Source: Octopus sinensis
Taxonomy: Eukaryota
Reading direction: 5' to 3'
Assembly (NCBI RefSeq): GCF_006345805.1
Contig: NC_043003.1
Coordinates: 37,510,001 to 37,574,000, forward strand
Length of the DNA stretch: 64,000 nt
Under the pieces are notes generated by a model that ran no database searches, was not told where the DNA came from, and saw only the letters and a program-made list of their open reading frames with translations. This document shows, in pieces, positions 25,166 through 38,470 of the stretch. Made by a program: the position numbers and the translations under genes. Position 1 is the stretch's first letter; the number at the start of each line of letters is the position of its first letter.

Positions 25166-25414
25166 ATATATATATGTATGTATGTATTTGTGTGTTTATG
25201 TTTGTTCCCCTACCATTGCTTGACAACCAATGTTGGAGTGTTTACATCCCCATAACTTACTGGTTTGGCAAAAGAGACTGATAGAATAAGTACTAAGCTT
25301 ACAAAGAATAAGTCCCGGAGAAATACATTAAGTTTGAAATTAGTGTTATGAACTAATAAGTGCAGATTATGTTATACATATTGTTCAGTAAATATAACAG
25401 TAATTGTTAATAGC

Positions 25415-25934
<520 letters not shown>

Positions 25935-26039
25935 CTATCGCTCCACTACCGTACATATTTCTATGAGATATTTAGAAATTTAATATTTCTGATATATATA
26001 TATACATATATATATATTCTCCGCTGGATGTGTAATATA

Positions 26040-26851
26040 TATGCTCCACTGGATGTGTTACGTCAGTGTGTATAAACAACAGAGTGTAAGCACCCTGAAA
26101 GAAAAGTTGGATTTAAGAAGCATCAGATGTGGTGTGCAAGAGAGACACCTGTGCTGGTATGGTAATGTGTTGTGCATGGATGAGGACAGCTGTGTGAAAA
26201 AGTATCACACCCTCTACAGGGTGTGACACTATATATATAGTAGAGGGAACCTATAGAAGAGGTAGATCCAGGAAGACCTGGGATGAGGTGGTGATGCACA
26301 ACCTTTGAACATTGAGCTTCACAGAAGCGATGACAAGTAACAGAGACCTTTGGAGATCTGCTCTGCTTGAAAAGATCCAGCAAGCCAAGTGAGATTGTAA
26401 CTGAGGCCTATGCCAGTGCAGCATAACCAGCCCATTTAAGACTGCCCTTCAATCATTGGGCAATAAACTGCACTTGTGAAGACCTGTTAAGGCAAGTGAA
26501 ATCGTTGTCATGGTCGATGACAGTACCGCCTAATTGGCACCTGTGCTGGTGGTATGTAAAAAGCACCATTCGAGCATGGTTGATGCCAGTACTGCTTGAC
26601 CTGTCCCATGCTGGTGGCATGTTAAAAGCACTATTCAAGCACGATCGTTGCTACTGCCGCCTGACTGGTTCCCGTACTGGTGGCGCGTAAAAAGCACCCT
26701 CCACACTCTCGGAGTGGTTGGTGTTAGGAAGGGCATCCAATCGTAGAAACTTTACCAGATCAGACTGGATCCTGGTACAGCCTTCTGGCTTGCCAGCCCT
26801 CAGTCAAAACCATTAAACCAATGCCAGCATGGAAAGCGGATGTTAAATAAC

Positions 26852-26908
<57 letters not shown>

Positions 26909-26912
26909 GATG
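26040..26912 (+). mobile_element. RTE LINE 3' end (ORF2 C-terminus, 3' UTR, (GAT)n tail)
   Basis: MLHWMC...LRSIRCGVQERHLCWYGNVLCMDEDSCVKK followed by an RGR-x-RKTW-like motif, then the UTR and a long GAT tail. Confidence 0.88.
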
Positions 26913-28005
26913 ATTCTCTTTTAATCTTTTATCCTTTTACTTGTTTCAGTCATTTGACCACAGTCATAATGGAGCAACACCGTTTTAGTTGAAGAAATCG
27001 CCCCCAGGACTTATTTTTTTGTAAGCCTGGTACTTCTATCAGTATCATTTGTCGAACTGCTAGGTTATGGAGGCATAAACACACCAGCATTGGTTGTCAA
27101 GCAATGGTGGGGGGTAGGGACAAACACAGACAAAAAGACACACACACATAAATATATACATACATACATACATGCATGCATGCATGCATACATACATACA
27201 TACATACATACACCAGCCTCCGTGCCGGTGGCACGTAAAAAGCACCATCCGATCGTGGCTGTTTGCCAGCCTCGTCTGGCACCTGTGCTGGTGGCACGTA
27301 AAAAGCACCCACTACACTCATGGAGTGGTTGGCATTAGGAAGGGCATCCAGCCGTAGAAACATTGCCAGATGAGACTGGGCCTGGTGCAGCCTTCTGGCT
27401 TCCCAGATCCCAGTTGAACCGTCCAACCCATGCCAGCATGGAAAGCGGATGCTAAACGATGATGATGATGATGATGATGATACATACATTCATACATACA
27501 TACATTCATACATACATATTCAATGGGCTTTTTTCAGTTTCTATCTACCAAATCCACTCACAAGGCTTTGGTCAGCCAAGGCTATAGCAGAAGACATTTG
27601 CCCAAGGGGCCCACAGAGTGGACCTGAACTGAGAACTATGTGGTTGGGAAGCAAGCTTCTTACCATATATATGTATATGAAGAGAGAGAAGGAGAGAGAG
27701 AGAAACAGACAGACATATAGAGAGCTAGAGAAAGAAAGAAAAAAGAACAAAAGGAAAGAGAGAGTGGGGTAAATGATTAAAGGTTATTTAAATTGCTGTT
27801 AAAAACAGATTGTTTTTTTACCCTAAATAAGTGCAATTATGTTGAATTATGATATTTTTCCTGGATTTTCAGAAGGCATGTCTTTTATTTGTGTTCTTTT
27901 GTTTTTTGCTTTTCTCTTTGTTGGGTGGAGTTGCACTAATACCTAATTACTACATATGTACTAATTACTCTTGAGTAAAGTGCGCTTGCAGAATTTACAA
28001 TAGAG

Positions 28006-28332
28006 TGTTAGTTAGTTAGTTAGTTAGTTAGTTAGCGAGTTAATTTTTTGGCTCAAAAAGCAAAAAGCAAGGCCATGTAGGGGGACATGGAGTTATGTAC
28101 AGGGTGGTGTTCATGTAAAGAGTTCAGGTCACTTGTGGTCAAGGAAGACTTTGAACCGAGCGGTCGTCGGCATCTTCACCATCTCGTCCGGCAGCTTATT
28201 CCACGGATCCGCAACCCGGACGGAGAAAGCCCCTCTCCTTCGATTGAGATGAAATCGTTGCAGATAGAGCTTTTCAGAATGACCCCGCAGCCGACGCTGT
28301 GGTTTAGAGTGTTTAGCATTGCAATATTTCAA
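28006..28332 (-). mobile_element. CR1-type LINE 3' end with (TAAC)n tail
   Basis: RLRGHSEKL...RRGAFSVRVADPWNKLPDEMV...FKVFLD is the CR1 ORF2 C-terminal motif. Confidence 0.85.
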
Positions 28333-28485
28333 TGATTCTCTCAAGATACTGAGTTGAAATGTAACTGGGTTTCACTATACCTACTTTATTTACATCCAAT
28401 GAATATCCTCTTTGTTTTGATTCAAAATGATTTTTTGAGCTGCTTGCCAGCGGTTTGTTGGTGAGTGTTCTACTAGTGGAAAAGA

Positions 28486-29336
28486 ATGTATTCGGACCTT
28501 AGCGAGTATGACCTATCCTCAGCAGAAGAGGAGCTTGTTATGGCGGTAAACAGAATGGACGAGCATTTGAAAAGAATAAAGAGTTTTGTTGAGGTGGCAG
28601 AGGTAAAGGAAAAGGAAGTAGACCTAACTGGACTGAAGGAGCTGTGTAAGATGACACAGAAGGTGGGCAGTGATGTAAAGTTATTACCCCCGAAAAGGGT
28701 TATGGTAAATGTGGAAAAGAAGACTAGTAACTACAAGGTGCACTCAGTAGAGAATAGGAAGGTGGAACGGATGGAGATGGAAAAAGTAGAAAAAGCTCTG
28801 AAGGGGCTTTTGAAGGAAGTAAGATATATAGCAAAAGGAAATGGATATGGGACAGTGGTTGTCCAGTTTAGAACAGAAGAGGAGGCAAAGAGGCTGGCGA
28901 GTACGACTGTAAAAACTGAGGAACTAGTACTTCTACCCACCTCCCTTGGAAGAAAGACTTTTAAGGTGAGGGTGGAAGGAATTCCACCTAACATAGACGT
29001 GGCTTGGGTTGTGGCAGCCGTCGTCATTGGAAGTGAGGAGGAGGTGGCTGTCCTCCAAGCCACAGAGACGGAGGAAGGAGGCCATAAAGGAAAAATACTA
29101 GAAATGATCATGCAAGCAGAGGCGAAGGACCTGGAAAATTTGTCGAAACGGTGACGTTGGAGAAATAGTATTGAGAGTATGGGTAGAGAGCAGAATTCCG
29201 CAATGCTTTAAATGTGGCCAAAAAGGCCACATTAGAGCACACTGCCCTCTACAGAAGAAAACAATAGAGGAATCAACAGATGAACCAGTTGTGGAGATGG
29301 AGGAGAAAAAAGAGGAAGAAAAGAAAGAACACTGAG
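28486..29336 (+). pseudogene. Frameshifted copy of the LINE ORF1-like gene
   Basis: Same as 31201-32052 but with two single-G deletions near 29144-29160 that truncate it before the zinc knuckle. Confidence 0.75.
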
Positions 29337-30720
29337 TGTGATGTGGTACCCCAGTCCAACTCCATCCCACCCAAGACCACTCAGACCCACCCACCCACTC
29401 CCTTTCCCCATAAGAAAAAGAGAAAAAGAAAAAAGTGCAGACACCACAGAATTTAGAAGACCCCTCCCCCGGTGAAAAAGGTTACGAAAGAATGTTGGCA
29501 TTGAGCGATAGCAAGAGTGGAATGCCAACTAAGCATTATCAAGTTTTCGAAAAATTCCAGCCTTATTTGAAATTCAGGGCATGTGATCTACCTATGTGCC
29601 AAAAATCATTAAAATCGGTTGGACGGTGTGGGAGGAGTTAGAGTAACCCCAAACACACACACAGACAGACACCATTACACATTTATGTTTATAGATATAT
29701 ATATGTTTGTGCATCTTTGTGTCTGAGTTTGACAATCGATGCTGATGTGTTTACTGCCTCAAAATTAAGCAGTACAGCAAAAAAGACTGATAGAATTAGT
29801 ACCAGGCTTTAAAAGAAGATGTAAGTACTAAGGTCAATACATTCAACTAAAAATTCTTCAGGCCGGTACCCTAGTATGGCCACAGTCTAATGACTGAAAC
29901 AAGTAAAAGATGAAAGATATCCCGCCCCAATTGGCTTCCGTGCCGGTGGCACGTAAAAAGCACCATCCGATCGTGGCTGTTGCCAGCCTCGCCTGACCTC
30001 CGTGCCGGTGGCACGTAAAAAGCACCCACTACACTCATGGAGTTGTTGGTGTTAGGAAGGACATCCAGCCGTAGAAACATTGCCAGATCAGACTGGCCTG
30101 GTGCAGCCTTCTGGCTTCCCAGATCCCAGTTGAACCGTCCAACCCATGCCAGCATGGAAAGCGGATGCTAAACGATGATGATGATGATGATGATGATACA
30201 TACATTCATACATACATACATTCATACATACATATTCAATGGGCTTTTTTCAGTTTCTATCTACCAAATCCACTCACAAGCTTTGGTCAGCCAAGGCTAT
30301 AGCAGAAGACATTTGCCCAAGGGGCCCACAGAGTGGACCTGAACTGAGAACTATGTGGTTGGGAAGCAAGCTTCTTACCATATATATGTATATGAAGAGA
30401 GAGAAGGAGAGAGAGAGAAACAGACAGACATATAGAGAGCTAGAGAAAGAAAGAAAAAAGAACAAAAGGAAAGAGAGAGTGGGGTAAATGATTAAAGGTT
30501 ATTTAAATTGCTGTTAAAAACAGATTGTTTTTTTACCCTAAATAAGTGCAATTATGTTGAATTATGATATTTTTCCTGGATTTTCAGAAGGCATGTCTTT
30601 TATTTGTGTTCTTTTGTTTTTTGCTTTTCTCTTTGTTGGGTGGAGTTGCACTAATACCTAATTACTACATATGTACTAATTACTCTTGAGTAAAGTGCGC
30701 TTGCAGAATTTACAATAGAG

Positions 30721-31047
30721 TGTTAGTTAGTTAGTTAGTTAGTTAGTTAGCGAGTTAATTTTTTGGCTCAAAAAGCAAAAAGCAAGGCCATGTAGGGGGA
30801 CATGGAGTTATGTACAGGGTGGTGTTCATGTAAAGAGTTCAGGTCACTTGTGGTCAAGGAAGACTTTGAACCGAGCGGTCGTCGGCATCTTCACCATCTC
30901 GTCCGGCAGCTTATTCCACGGATCCGCAACCCGGACGGAGAAAGCCCCTCTCCTTCGATTGAGATGAAATCGTTGCAGATAGAGCTTTTCAGAATGACCC
31001 CGCAGCCGACGCTGTGGTTTAGAGTGTTTAGCATTGCAATATTTCAA
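30721..31047 (-). mobile_element. CR1-type LINE 3' end (duplicate copy)
   Basis: Appears identical to 28006-28332. Confidence 0.85.
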
Positions 31048-31200
31048 TGATTCTCTCAAGATACTGAGTTGAAATGTAACTGGGTTTCACTATACCTACT
31101 TTATTTACATCCAATGAATATCCTCTTTGTTTTGATTCAAAATGATTTTTTGAGCTGCTTGCCAGCGGTTTGTTGGTGAGTGTTCTACTAGTGGAAAAGA

Positions 31201-32052
31201 ATGTATTCGGACCTTAGCGAGTATGACCTATCCTCAGCAGAAGAGGAGCTTGTTATGGCGGTAAACAGAATGGACGAGCATTTGAAAAGAATAAAGAGTT
31301 TTGTTGAGGTGGCAGAGGTAAAGGAAAAGGAAGTAGACCTAACTGGACTGAAGGAGCTGTGTAAGATGACACAGAAGGTGGGCAGTGATGTAAAGTTATT
31401 ACCCCCGAAAAGGGTTATGGTAAATGTGGAAAAGAAGACTAGTAACTACAAGGTGCACTCAGTAGAGAATAGGAAGGTGGAACGGATGGAGATGGAAAAA
31501 GTAGAAAAAGCTCTGAAGGGGCTTTTGAAGGAAGTAAGATATATAGCAAAAGGAAATGGATATGGGACAGTGGTTGTCCAGTTTAGAACAGAAGAGGAGG
31601 CAAAGAGGCTGGCGAGTACGACTGTAAAAACTAAGGAACTAGTACTTCTACCCACCTCCCTTGGAAGAAAGACTTTTAAGGTGAGGGTGGAAGGAATTCC
31701 ACCTAACATAGACGTGGCTTGGGTTGTGGCAGCCGTCGTCATTGGAAGTGAGGAGGAGGTGGCTGTCCTCCAAGCCACAGAGACGGAGGAAGGAGGCCAT
31801 AAAGGAAAAATACTAGAAATGATCATGCAAGCAGAGGCGAAGGACCTGGAAAATTTGTCGGAAACGGTGACGTTGGGAGAAATAGTATTGAGAGTATGGG
31901 TAGAGAGCAGAATTCCGCAATGCTTTAAATGTGGCCAAAAAGGCCACATTAGAGCACACTGCCCTCTACAGAAGAAAACAATAGAGGAATCAACAGATGA
32001 ACCAGTTGTGGAGATGGAGGAGAAAAAAGAGGAAGAAAAGAAAGAACACTGA
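31201..32052 (+). mobile_element. Tx1/L1-type LINE ORF1 (gag-like, CCHC zinc knuckle) without ORF2
   Basis: 283-aa ORF with an N-terminal coiled-coil-like segment, RRM-like pieces (VVVQFRTEEEAKRL, VRVEGIPP) and CFKCGQKGHIRAHC; no endonuclease or RT follows. Confidence 0.75.
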
Positions 32053-33834
32053 GTGTGATGTGGTACCCCAGTCCAACTCCATCCCACCCAAGACCACTCA
32101 GACCCACCCACCCACTCCCTTTCCCCATAAGAAAAAGAGAAAAAGAAAAAAGTGCAGACACCACAGAATTTAGAAGACCCCTCCCCCGGTGAAAAAGGTT
32201 ACGAAAGAATGTTGGCATTGAGCGATAGCAAGAGTGGAATGCCAACTAAGCATTATCAAGTTTTCGAAAAATTCCAGCCTTATTTGAAATTCAGGGCATG
32301 TGATCTACCTATGTGCCAAAAATCATTAAAATCGGTTGGACGGTGTGGGAGGAGTTAGAGTAACCCCAAACACACACACAGACAGACACCATTACACATT
32401 TATGTTTATAGATATATATATGTTTGTGCATCTTTGTGTCTGAGTTTGACAATCGATGCTGATGTGTTTACTGCCTCAAAATTAAGCAGTACAGCAAAAA
32501 AGACTGATAGAATTAGTACCAGGCTTTAAAAGAAGATGTAAGTACTAAGGTCAATACATTCAACTAAAAATTCTTCAGGCCGGTACCCTAGTATGGCCAC
32601 AGTCTAATGACTGAAACAAGTAAAAGATGAAAGATATCCCGCCCCAATTGGCTTCCGTGCCGGTGGCACGTAAAAAGCACCATCCGATCGTGGCTGTTGC
32701 CAGCCTCGCCTGACCTCCGTGCCGGTGGCACGTAAAAAGCACCCACTACACTCATGGAGTTGTTGGTGTTAGGAAGGACATCCAGCCGTAGAAACATTGC
32801 CAGATCAGACTGGGCCTGGTGCAGCCTTCTGGCTTCCCAAACCCCAGTTGCACCGTCCAACCCATGCCAGCATGGAAAGCGGACGCTAAACGATGATGAT
32901 GATGATGATGATCTTAAAATGGATGAAAGGTCCTTTTCAAGCCATAGGTTCACATAATGCCAGTTTCCTGGATTCTGTGATGGATATGTTCCCCCTATGG
33001 ACAAGACACCAGTCTGTCACAGGATTATCTATATTTGACAGATGAGTGGACTGGAACAACATGAAGTGAAGTGTTTTGCTCAAGGACACAACACATGACC
33101 AGGTCCAGGAATCAAAACCACAATCTTTCATTTACAAGGGCAGCACCGTAACTACTAAGACACTCACCTTCATACATATGCATGTGTGTGTGTGTGTGTG
33201 CATGTGCATGTGTGTGCATATGCATGTGTATGCGTGTGTGTGCGCATGCGTGTTGTGTATGTATATGTGTATTCAAGCCTAAAAGTAATTACACAACATA
33301 CCAGCTTTTATTTTCATACGTCTTTCTGTAACAATGTAAATACTTTACCCTCTGACCCACAGGACAAGATCCTGTTGATTATGTTTTTATCTGCTTATTT
33401 GCATGTCTACATATATGTATATGTATATCTGTAAGCATTATGTGTGTATCTATGTGCTTAGTAGTTTGTATGCGTGAGGTGTTAGTGTAGAAATGTAGTT
33501 TTTATTTTAGCATGTGATATGGAAGTTTTAAATCAATGCCACGCCTCCTTCCCTCTCTTTCACACACACGCACGCGCGCGCATATACATTTCTTTAGTCT
33601 GATGTAATTACAAACTTAATTTAAACTACATCCTAATTTATTCAATATTTTAATTCTTTTATCTTTTATTTATTTCCTCATTCTAGTTTACTTGCTTTCA
33701 GTTCAATTCATTTTTATATTTCAACCCAAGGTTTGGTGCTATGAATTTACATATACATATGACATCTACAAACATGTGCAGGTACATTAAACACAAAGAA
33801 TGCCCCAAAAATATAGCCCCCCCCCACCTCAAAT

Positions 33835-34730
33835 GTTAGAGGAGATCCTTAAAAGAAGTAAACAGTTTCTGTTACTTAGGTAACCGAGTTAGTAGTGGCA
33901 GAGGTTGTTCTGAAAACATAGCTACTAGAATAAGAATAGGCTGGGTAAAGTTCAGAAAGCTACTATCTTCGTTAGTAAGGAAGAGCCTCTCCCTCAGAGT
34001 GAAAGGCATATTGTATGATGTCTATGCATGATCAGCTATGCTAAATGGCTGTGAGACATGAGTCGTGACTGCTGAGGATATGCAAAGGCTCAAAAGAAAT
34101 GAAGCCAGTATGCTCCACTGGATGAGTAATGTCAGTGTGCTTATATGACTGTGTAAGTGATTTGAGAGAAAAACCAGGTATACAATGCATCAGATGTAGT
34201 GTACAAGGGAGAAAACTACATTTCTACAATCACGTAATGCTTTTGAATGGTGACAGCTTCATCAAGTGGTGCTGATCTCTAACTGTGGAGACAACTTGTA
34301 AAAGGGGTAGACCCACGAAGATGTGGGACAAAATGGTGAGAAAGGATCTTCAGACATTGGTCCTTACAGAGGAGATGACAGGGAACCAAGACTCCCAATG
34401 GTTTGCTGTGCTTGAGAAGACATGTCAAGCTAAGTAAAATTGAGATTGTCCTTGCATACAGGTATGTCCCCTGCATCCGTTTCCAAGCTGAGTGTTCCCA
34501 ATCTTGTGGGTGCTGATGCCACATAAACACACCTATGCTAGTGTTGCATAAGCATACCCAGTATGCTCTGCAAAGTGGTTGGTATTAGGAAGGGCATCCA
34601 GCCATAGAAACCATGCCAAAACAGACATGGAACTTGGGCAGCTCTTCAGCTGGTTAGCGCCTGTCAAACTGTTCAACCCATGCCAGCATGGAAAATGGAT
34701 GTTAAGTGGTGATGATAATGATGATGATAA
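33835..34730 (+). mobile_element. Degenerate RTE LINE 3' portion
   Basis: Decayed frames V..FCYLG..., RIRIGWVKFRKL..L, LSLRVKG.LYD, GCET; followed by the RTE 3' UTR and GAT tail. Confidence 0.85.
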
Positions 34731-35167
34731 CAATATATATATCATCATCATCATCATCATCATCGTTTAACGTCTGTTTTCCATGCTAGCATGGCTTGGA
34801 CAGTTCAACTGGGGTCTGGGAAGCCAGAAGGCTGTGCCAGGCCCAGTCTGATCTGGCAGTGTTTCTACAGCTGGATGCCCTTCCTAACGCCAACCACGCC
34901 GTGAGTGTAGTGGGTGCTTTTTACGTGCCACCTGCACAGGTGCCAGACGAGGCTGGCAAATGGCCATGATCGGATGGTGCTTCTTACGTGCCACCGGCAC
35001 GGAGGCCAGTCGGGGCAGTGCTGGCAACGGCCACATTCAGATGGTTCTCTTACGTAACGGCCATGTTCGGATGGTTCTCTTACGTGCCACCGGCACTGGT
35101 ATCACAGCTACAATTTCCATTGATGTTGATCGATTTTGATTTTGATTTTCACTTGCCTCAACAGGTC

Positions 35168-35214
<47 letters not shown>

Positions 35215-35950
35215 AAAATAGAAGTTGAAAATGCACGGAGAATAGTTAATATGTTTTTTTATTATTATAGCTAAAGATTTAAATGGTTTCATGATTTACA
35301 CTGATTTTCAAAAATTTGAAATAGAAAGATGTGGCTTATGTTGCAACTGTTTTGCTTCTGACTAGTGTTTGAAGCATGCCCTATTTTTATAGGGAGTTCA
35401 TGGCTCAAATTAGTATATGTTTTGAATAAGATTTGATTGGTAGAGGATAGTCACATGACTGGTCTTAGAAATGTTTGTAAGTTTCCTGCTACATATGTGT
35501 GTTAGTATTAAGTGACAGAGTTTAGCATCGTACCAATTAAACCCTTGGTAATTGCAAAAGGTTTATTTCCAAACCCTTTTCCTATACCTGAATCTGTAAA
35601 CAAATTATAAAAGAAATTTCAGGTTATGGAAGCAAAACCTAGAATCAAAGGGCCTCAAATTTCAATTAGCAAAGACTAAAGTTTTAAGTACTTCTTTAGG
35701 TAAGTGATGTTGTTCAATATGTAAACAAAAACGTGGTAGGTATAAATTCCATAGTGTACCCAGTGCATACTGTAGACACAAGAGGTGCAGTAGTATCACA
35801 GGCAGGTAACAAAGAAATTATATTTTGTATGTGGCAGATGTGTAGGAACAATAATGATTATAATCATTAAGAGTACATGAGAAAAAGATTTTCTCAAATC
35901 TGTATCCCAGGAGGATAGCAAGAGGTATTAGACAGCTTCTATTATCTAGA
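35215..35950 (-). mobile_element. Highly decayed Penelope-like (GIY-YIG) remnant
   Basis: Minus-strand fragments CVYSMH... and LHIEQHHLPK resemble the GIY-YIG segment VY...YIG.T...RI.EH; weak. Confidence 0.35.
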
Positions 35951-35999
35951 TAACCTAATTATCTCTAAAAGAAGGTGATCTAAAAGAGAGATCAGATGA

Positions 36000-36350
36000 A
36001 AGTTCTTTGCTTGGTTTGAGAAGAGCAATAATCTTGGTTTCCTTCCAAATGCTTGGGATGTTTTTTTTATTTTGTCTGCATGGACTTGTTCATCAGTTTA
36101 AGGATTCACTTCTACATCAGAGGTCCAAAGTGCTAGATTTCTTCTATGAAAATGTTATTCAGTCTGATGGGTTCACAGGTCTTAAGGTTGTCTTAAGCTC
36201 TTCTAGAGAAAGTGGTTAAGTCAGTCCAGCGGTTTGGGAATGTTTTACTCAATATACTTTTAGCTTAAAGGTGCTTCCGGTATCTGTTGAGCTTCTGGAC
36301 AGCATTATCTTTCAACTCAGCTTCAAAGTGTTCAGTAGAATTCAAGTATT
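36000..36350 (-). mobile_element. Decayed LINE ORF2 fragment (pre-RT region)
   Basis: IPSIWKETKIIALLKPSK resembles the P..WK.A.II.L.KPGK motif upstream of non-LTR RT domains. Confidence 0.55.
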
Positions 36351-37532
36351 ACATGCCAAGGATCATGCCATGAATCATGCCATGAATGCTTCTACTTTAG
36401 TCTCCAACTCACACCTATTTATCTCTAACCAACATCCCTATCATTATACATCTTTCACTTTCTCCACACACTCTTATAACCTAAACATCCACCATCATCT
36501 CCCTTTCTCTCGTTCTTCTCCTATCTACTGTATCATTATTATTCTGCTACTCTTTACCCATACTGTACAGCCAATCATCACTTCCTCTCCCCAATCTTCC
36601 CTACAACTCATATTTACCATTGCCCAACCCTAGTTCATCAGTCCCTCACTCTACCATTATCCCCCATCTCAAACCTTCTCTCACTCTATCCAGGTGTTCT
36701 TACAGCCCCTAAAATCTTCTCTCCCCACTCTTTCTTTTATTCACATTCTAGTACCTGGAGGACACACTCTGATACCGTGTTACCACCATTTTTGTCACTA
36801 TTTCATGATTCACCCCAGTTACTCCCCAACAGTTTTCTGTGGAGCAAGATTGCCATATACTCCTTTATAACAAGAATTTGTTCCTGTCCATTCTTCCATA
36901 TTTAACCTCTAAACAGCAAGCATAAAGCCACCTCTCTCTCTCTCTCTATTATACTCACACTTAGTTGAGAGGGATCTTTAATCATGTGTGTTACATGGTT
37001 AGTTTACTAGAACTACAGCCATGGTAATGGTGGTGGCAGCGACAGCAGCAGCAGTGGTGGTGGTGGTGATGATGATGATGGTGGTGAGAAGGGGAGAAGG
37101 ACATAAAAAATAGAATGTATGATTTTATTCTATCTCTCCCTATATATCTGTCTGTCGCTGTGTATGTATGTATGTATGTATGTATGTATGTATGCATGTA
37201 TGTATGTATGCATGCATGTATGTATGTACATATGTATGTATGCATGTATATACGTATGTATGTATGTACATATGTATGTATGCATGTATGTATGTATGTA
37301 AGTATGCATGTATGTATGGATGTATGTATGTATGTATGCAAAGGTACATGAAGCCCAGTTACAACTACAGCCGGCTATTACCGGTAAAGGTTTTAGTTGC
37401 CAATTCTGTACAAGACATTGTAGATCTTTAGCTGGGCTAAAAAGTCACATTCGATCACAGCACCAGTAACAGTTAAGCTTTGTGCAATGGCCATACTCGA
37501 TAACGAGGGGGCAGCCATCATGTATGTATGTA

Positions 37533-37749
37533 CAAAGGGGTACCAAAAAGTTCCTGACTTTAAGAGCATTGCAAAAGACCTGGCTGGAGACCCAATCTTC
37601 CATACTCTTTTACAGGGCTTAGAAAAACTAAAGGACTATTGCAATAAGTGTGTGGATCTGAGAGGGGAATACGTTGAATAAAATCATTATTAACTGACCC
37701 TCCTGTATTTTCTTTTACCCAAAGCCAGGAACTTTTCAGCACCCCCTTG
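37533..37749 (+). mobile_element. Mariner-derived MITE
   Basis: TA-flanked TIRs (CAAAGGGGTACCAAAAAGTTCCTGACTTT / AAAGCCAGGAACTTTTCAGCACCCCCTTG); retains the mariner C-terminus GLEKL...KCVDLRGEYVE*. Confidence 0.85.
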
Positions 37750-37987
37750 TATGTATATTTTATTTAAACTATGGAGTTGTACTTGTTTGGCAAGAGGTTT
37801 GACCTAAGATGATAATCATCATCTTAACATGTTTTCCCAAGTTTGCATAGGCTGAATGGGTCTTTTCCAGCTCACCATTGTGTCACTTTCTACAAATCTT
37901 TGTTATCTCCTTTGTGAAATTTAATCTCCAAGGGTCAGCATTCATCACTTTTTCTCATGTCTTCCACAGGCTCTTTCTACTTAGATT

Positions 37988-38470
37988 ACAATAATAATAA
38001 TAATAATAATAATAATGAAATTATTGTATACAGTGCTCAGATGCACCACAACTTGTCAGAAAGTGCGTATAGAGTATATGCAGTAATGTACAAATGTCTG
38101 GAAAGCGAACAATGTATGAGTCAGATATATGCTTGTGTGTGTAAGGAGGGGAGAAAATCAGGTGTAGTGTTGGCGAATCTCAGAAAGCATGGAAGTTTTG
38201 AAGGATGTAGTGCTCCGACAACTAACAACTGATGCCAGCAGTTTGTTCCATGCTTCAGCAACTCTCAGCATGAAAAAATGTTTCCTAAAGTCATGGGAGC
38301 TGTGCTGTTTTCTGACTTTGTAAATATGTCCACGGGTGTTAGACGGGTGGAGTTTGAAAAGGTGCTCAGAGTTATTGTTTGTAAGATGGTTAATAATTTT
38401 ATGGGAGTCTGCCAAGTCAGCTGCTAGACGTCGGAGTTTCAATGTGTCCATGCCCAGAATACAAGTTCGG
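37988..38470 (-). mobile_element. CR1-type LINE 3' end with (TTA)n tail
   Basis: LRRLAADL...KII...TRGHIYKV...RKHFF.LRVAEAWNKL...FK. Confidence 0.88.

Larger units (their letters stand above)
27215..32912. repeat. Near-identical tandem duplication, unit about 2.7 kb, bounded by RTE 3' UTR copies
   Basis: About 27400-30100 recurs at about 30115-32820; the ORF track shows paired ORFs offset by 2715-2717 bp. Confidence 0.93.

Noticed and set aside
28470-29697. Helitron capture of the ORF1 (Helitron-like end near 29697 and an ACTAG at about 28472)
   Set aside because: No subterminal GC hairpin next to the CTAG, so the second Helitron end is unsupported.
31446-32111. 221-aa minus-strand ORF (also 57084-57503)
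   Set aside because: Antisense shadows of purine-rich coding sequence on the plus strand.
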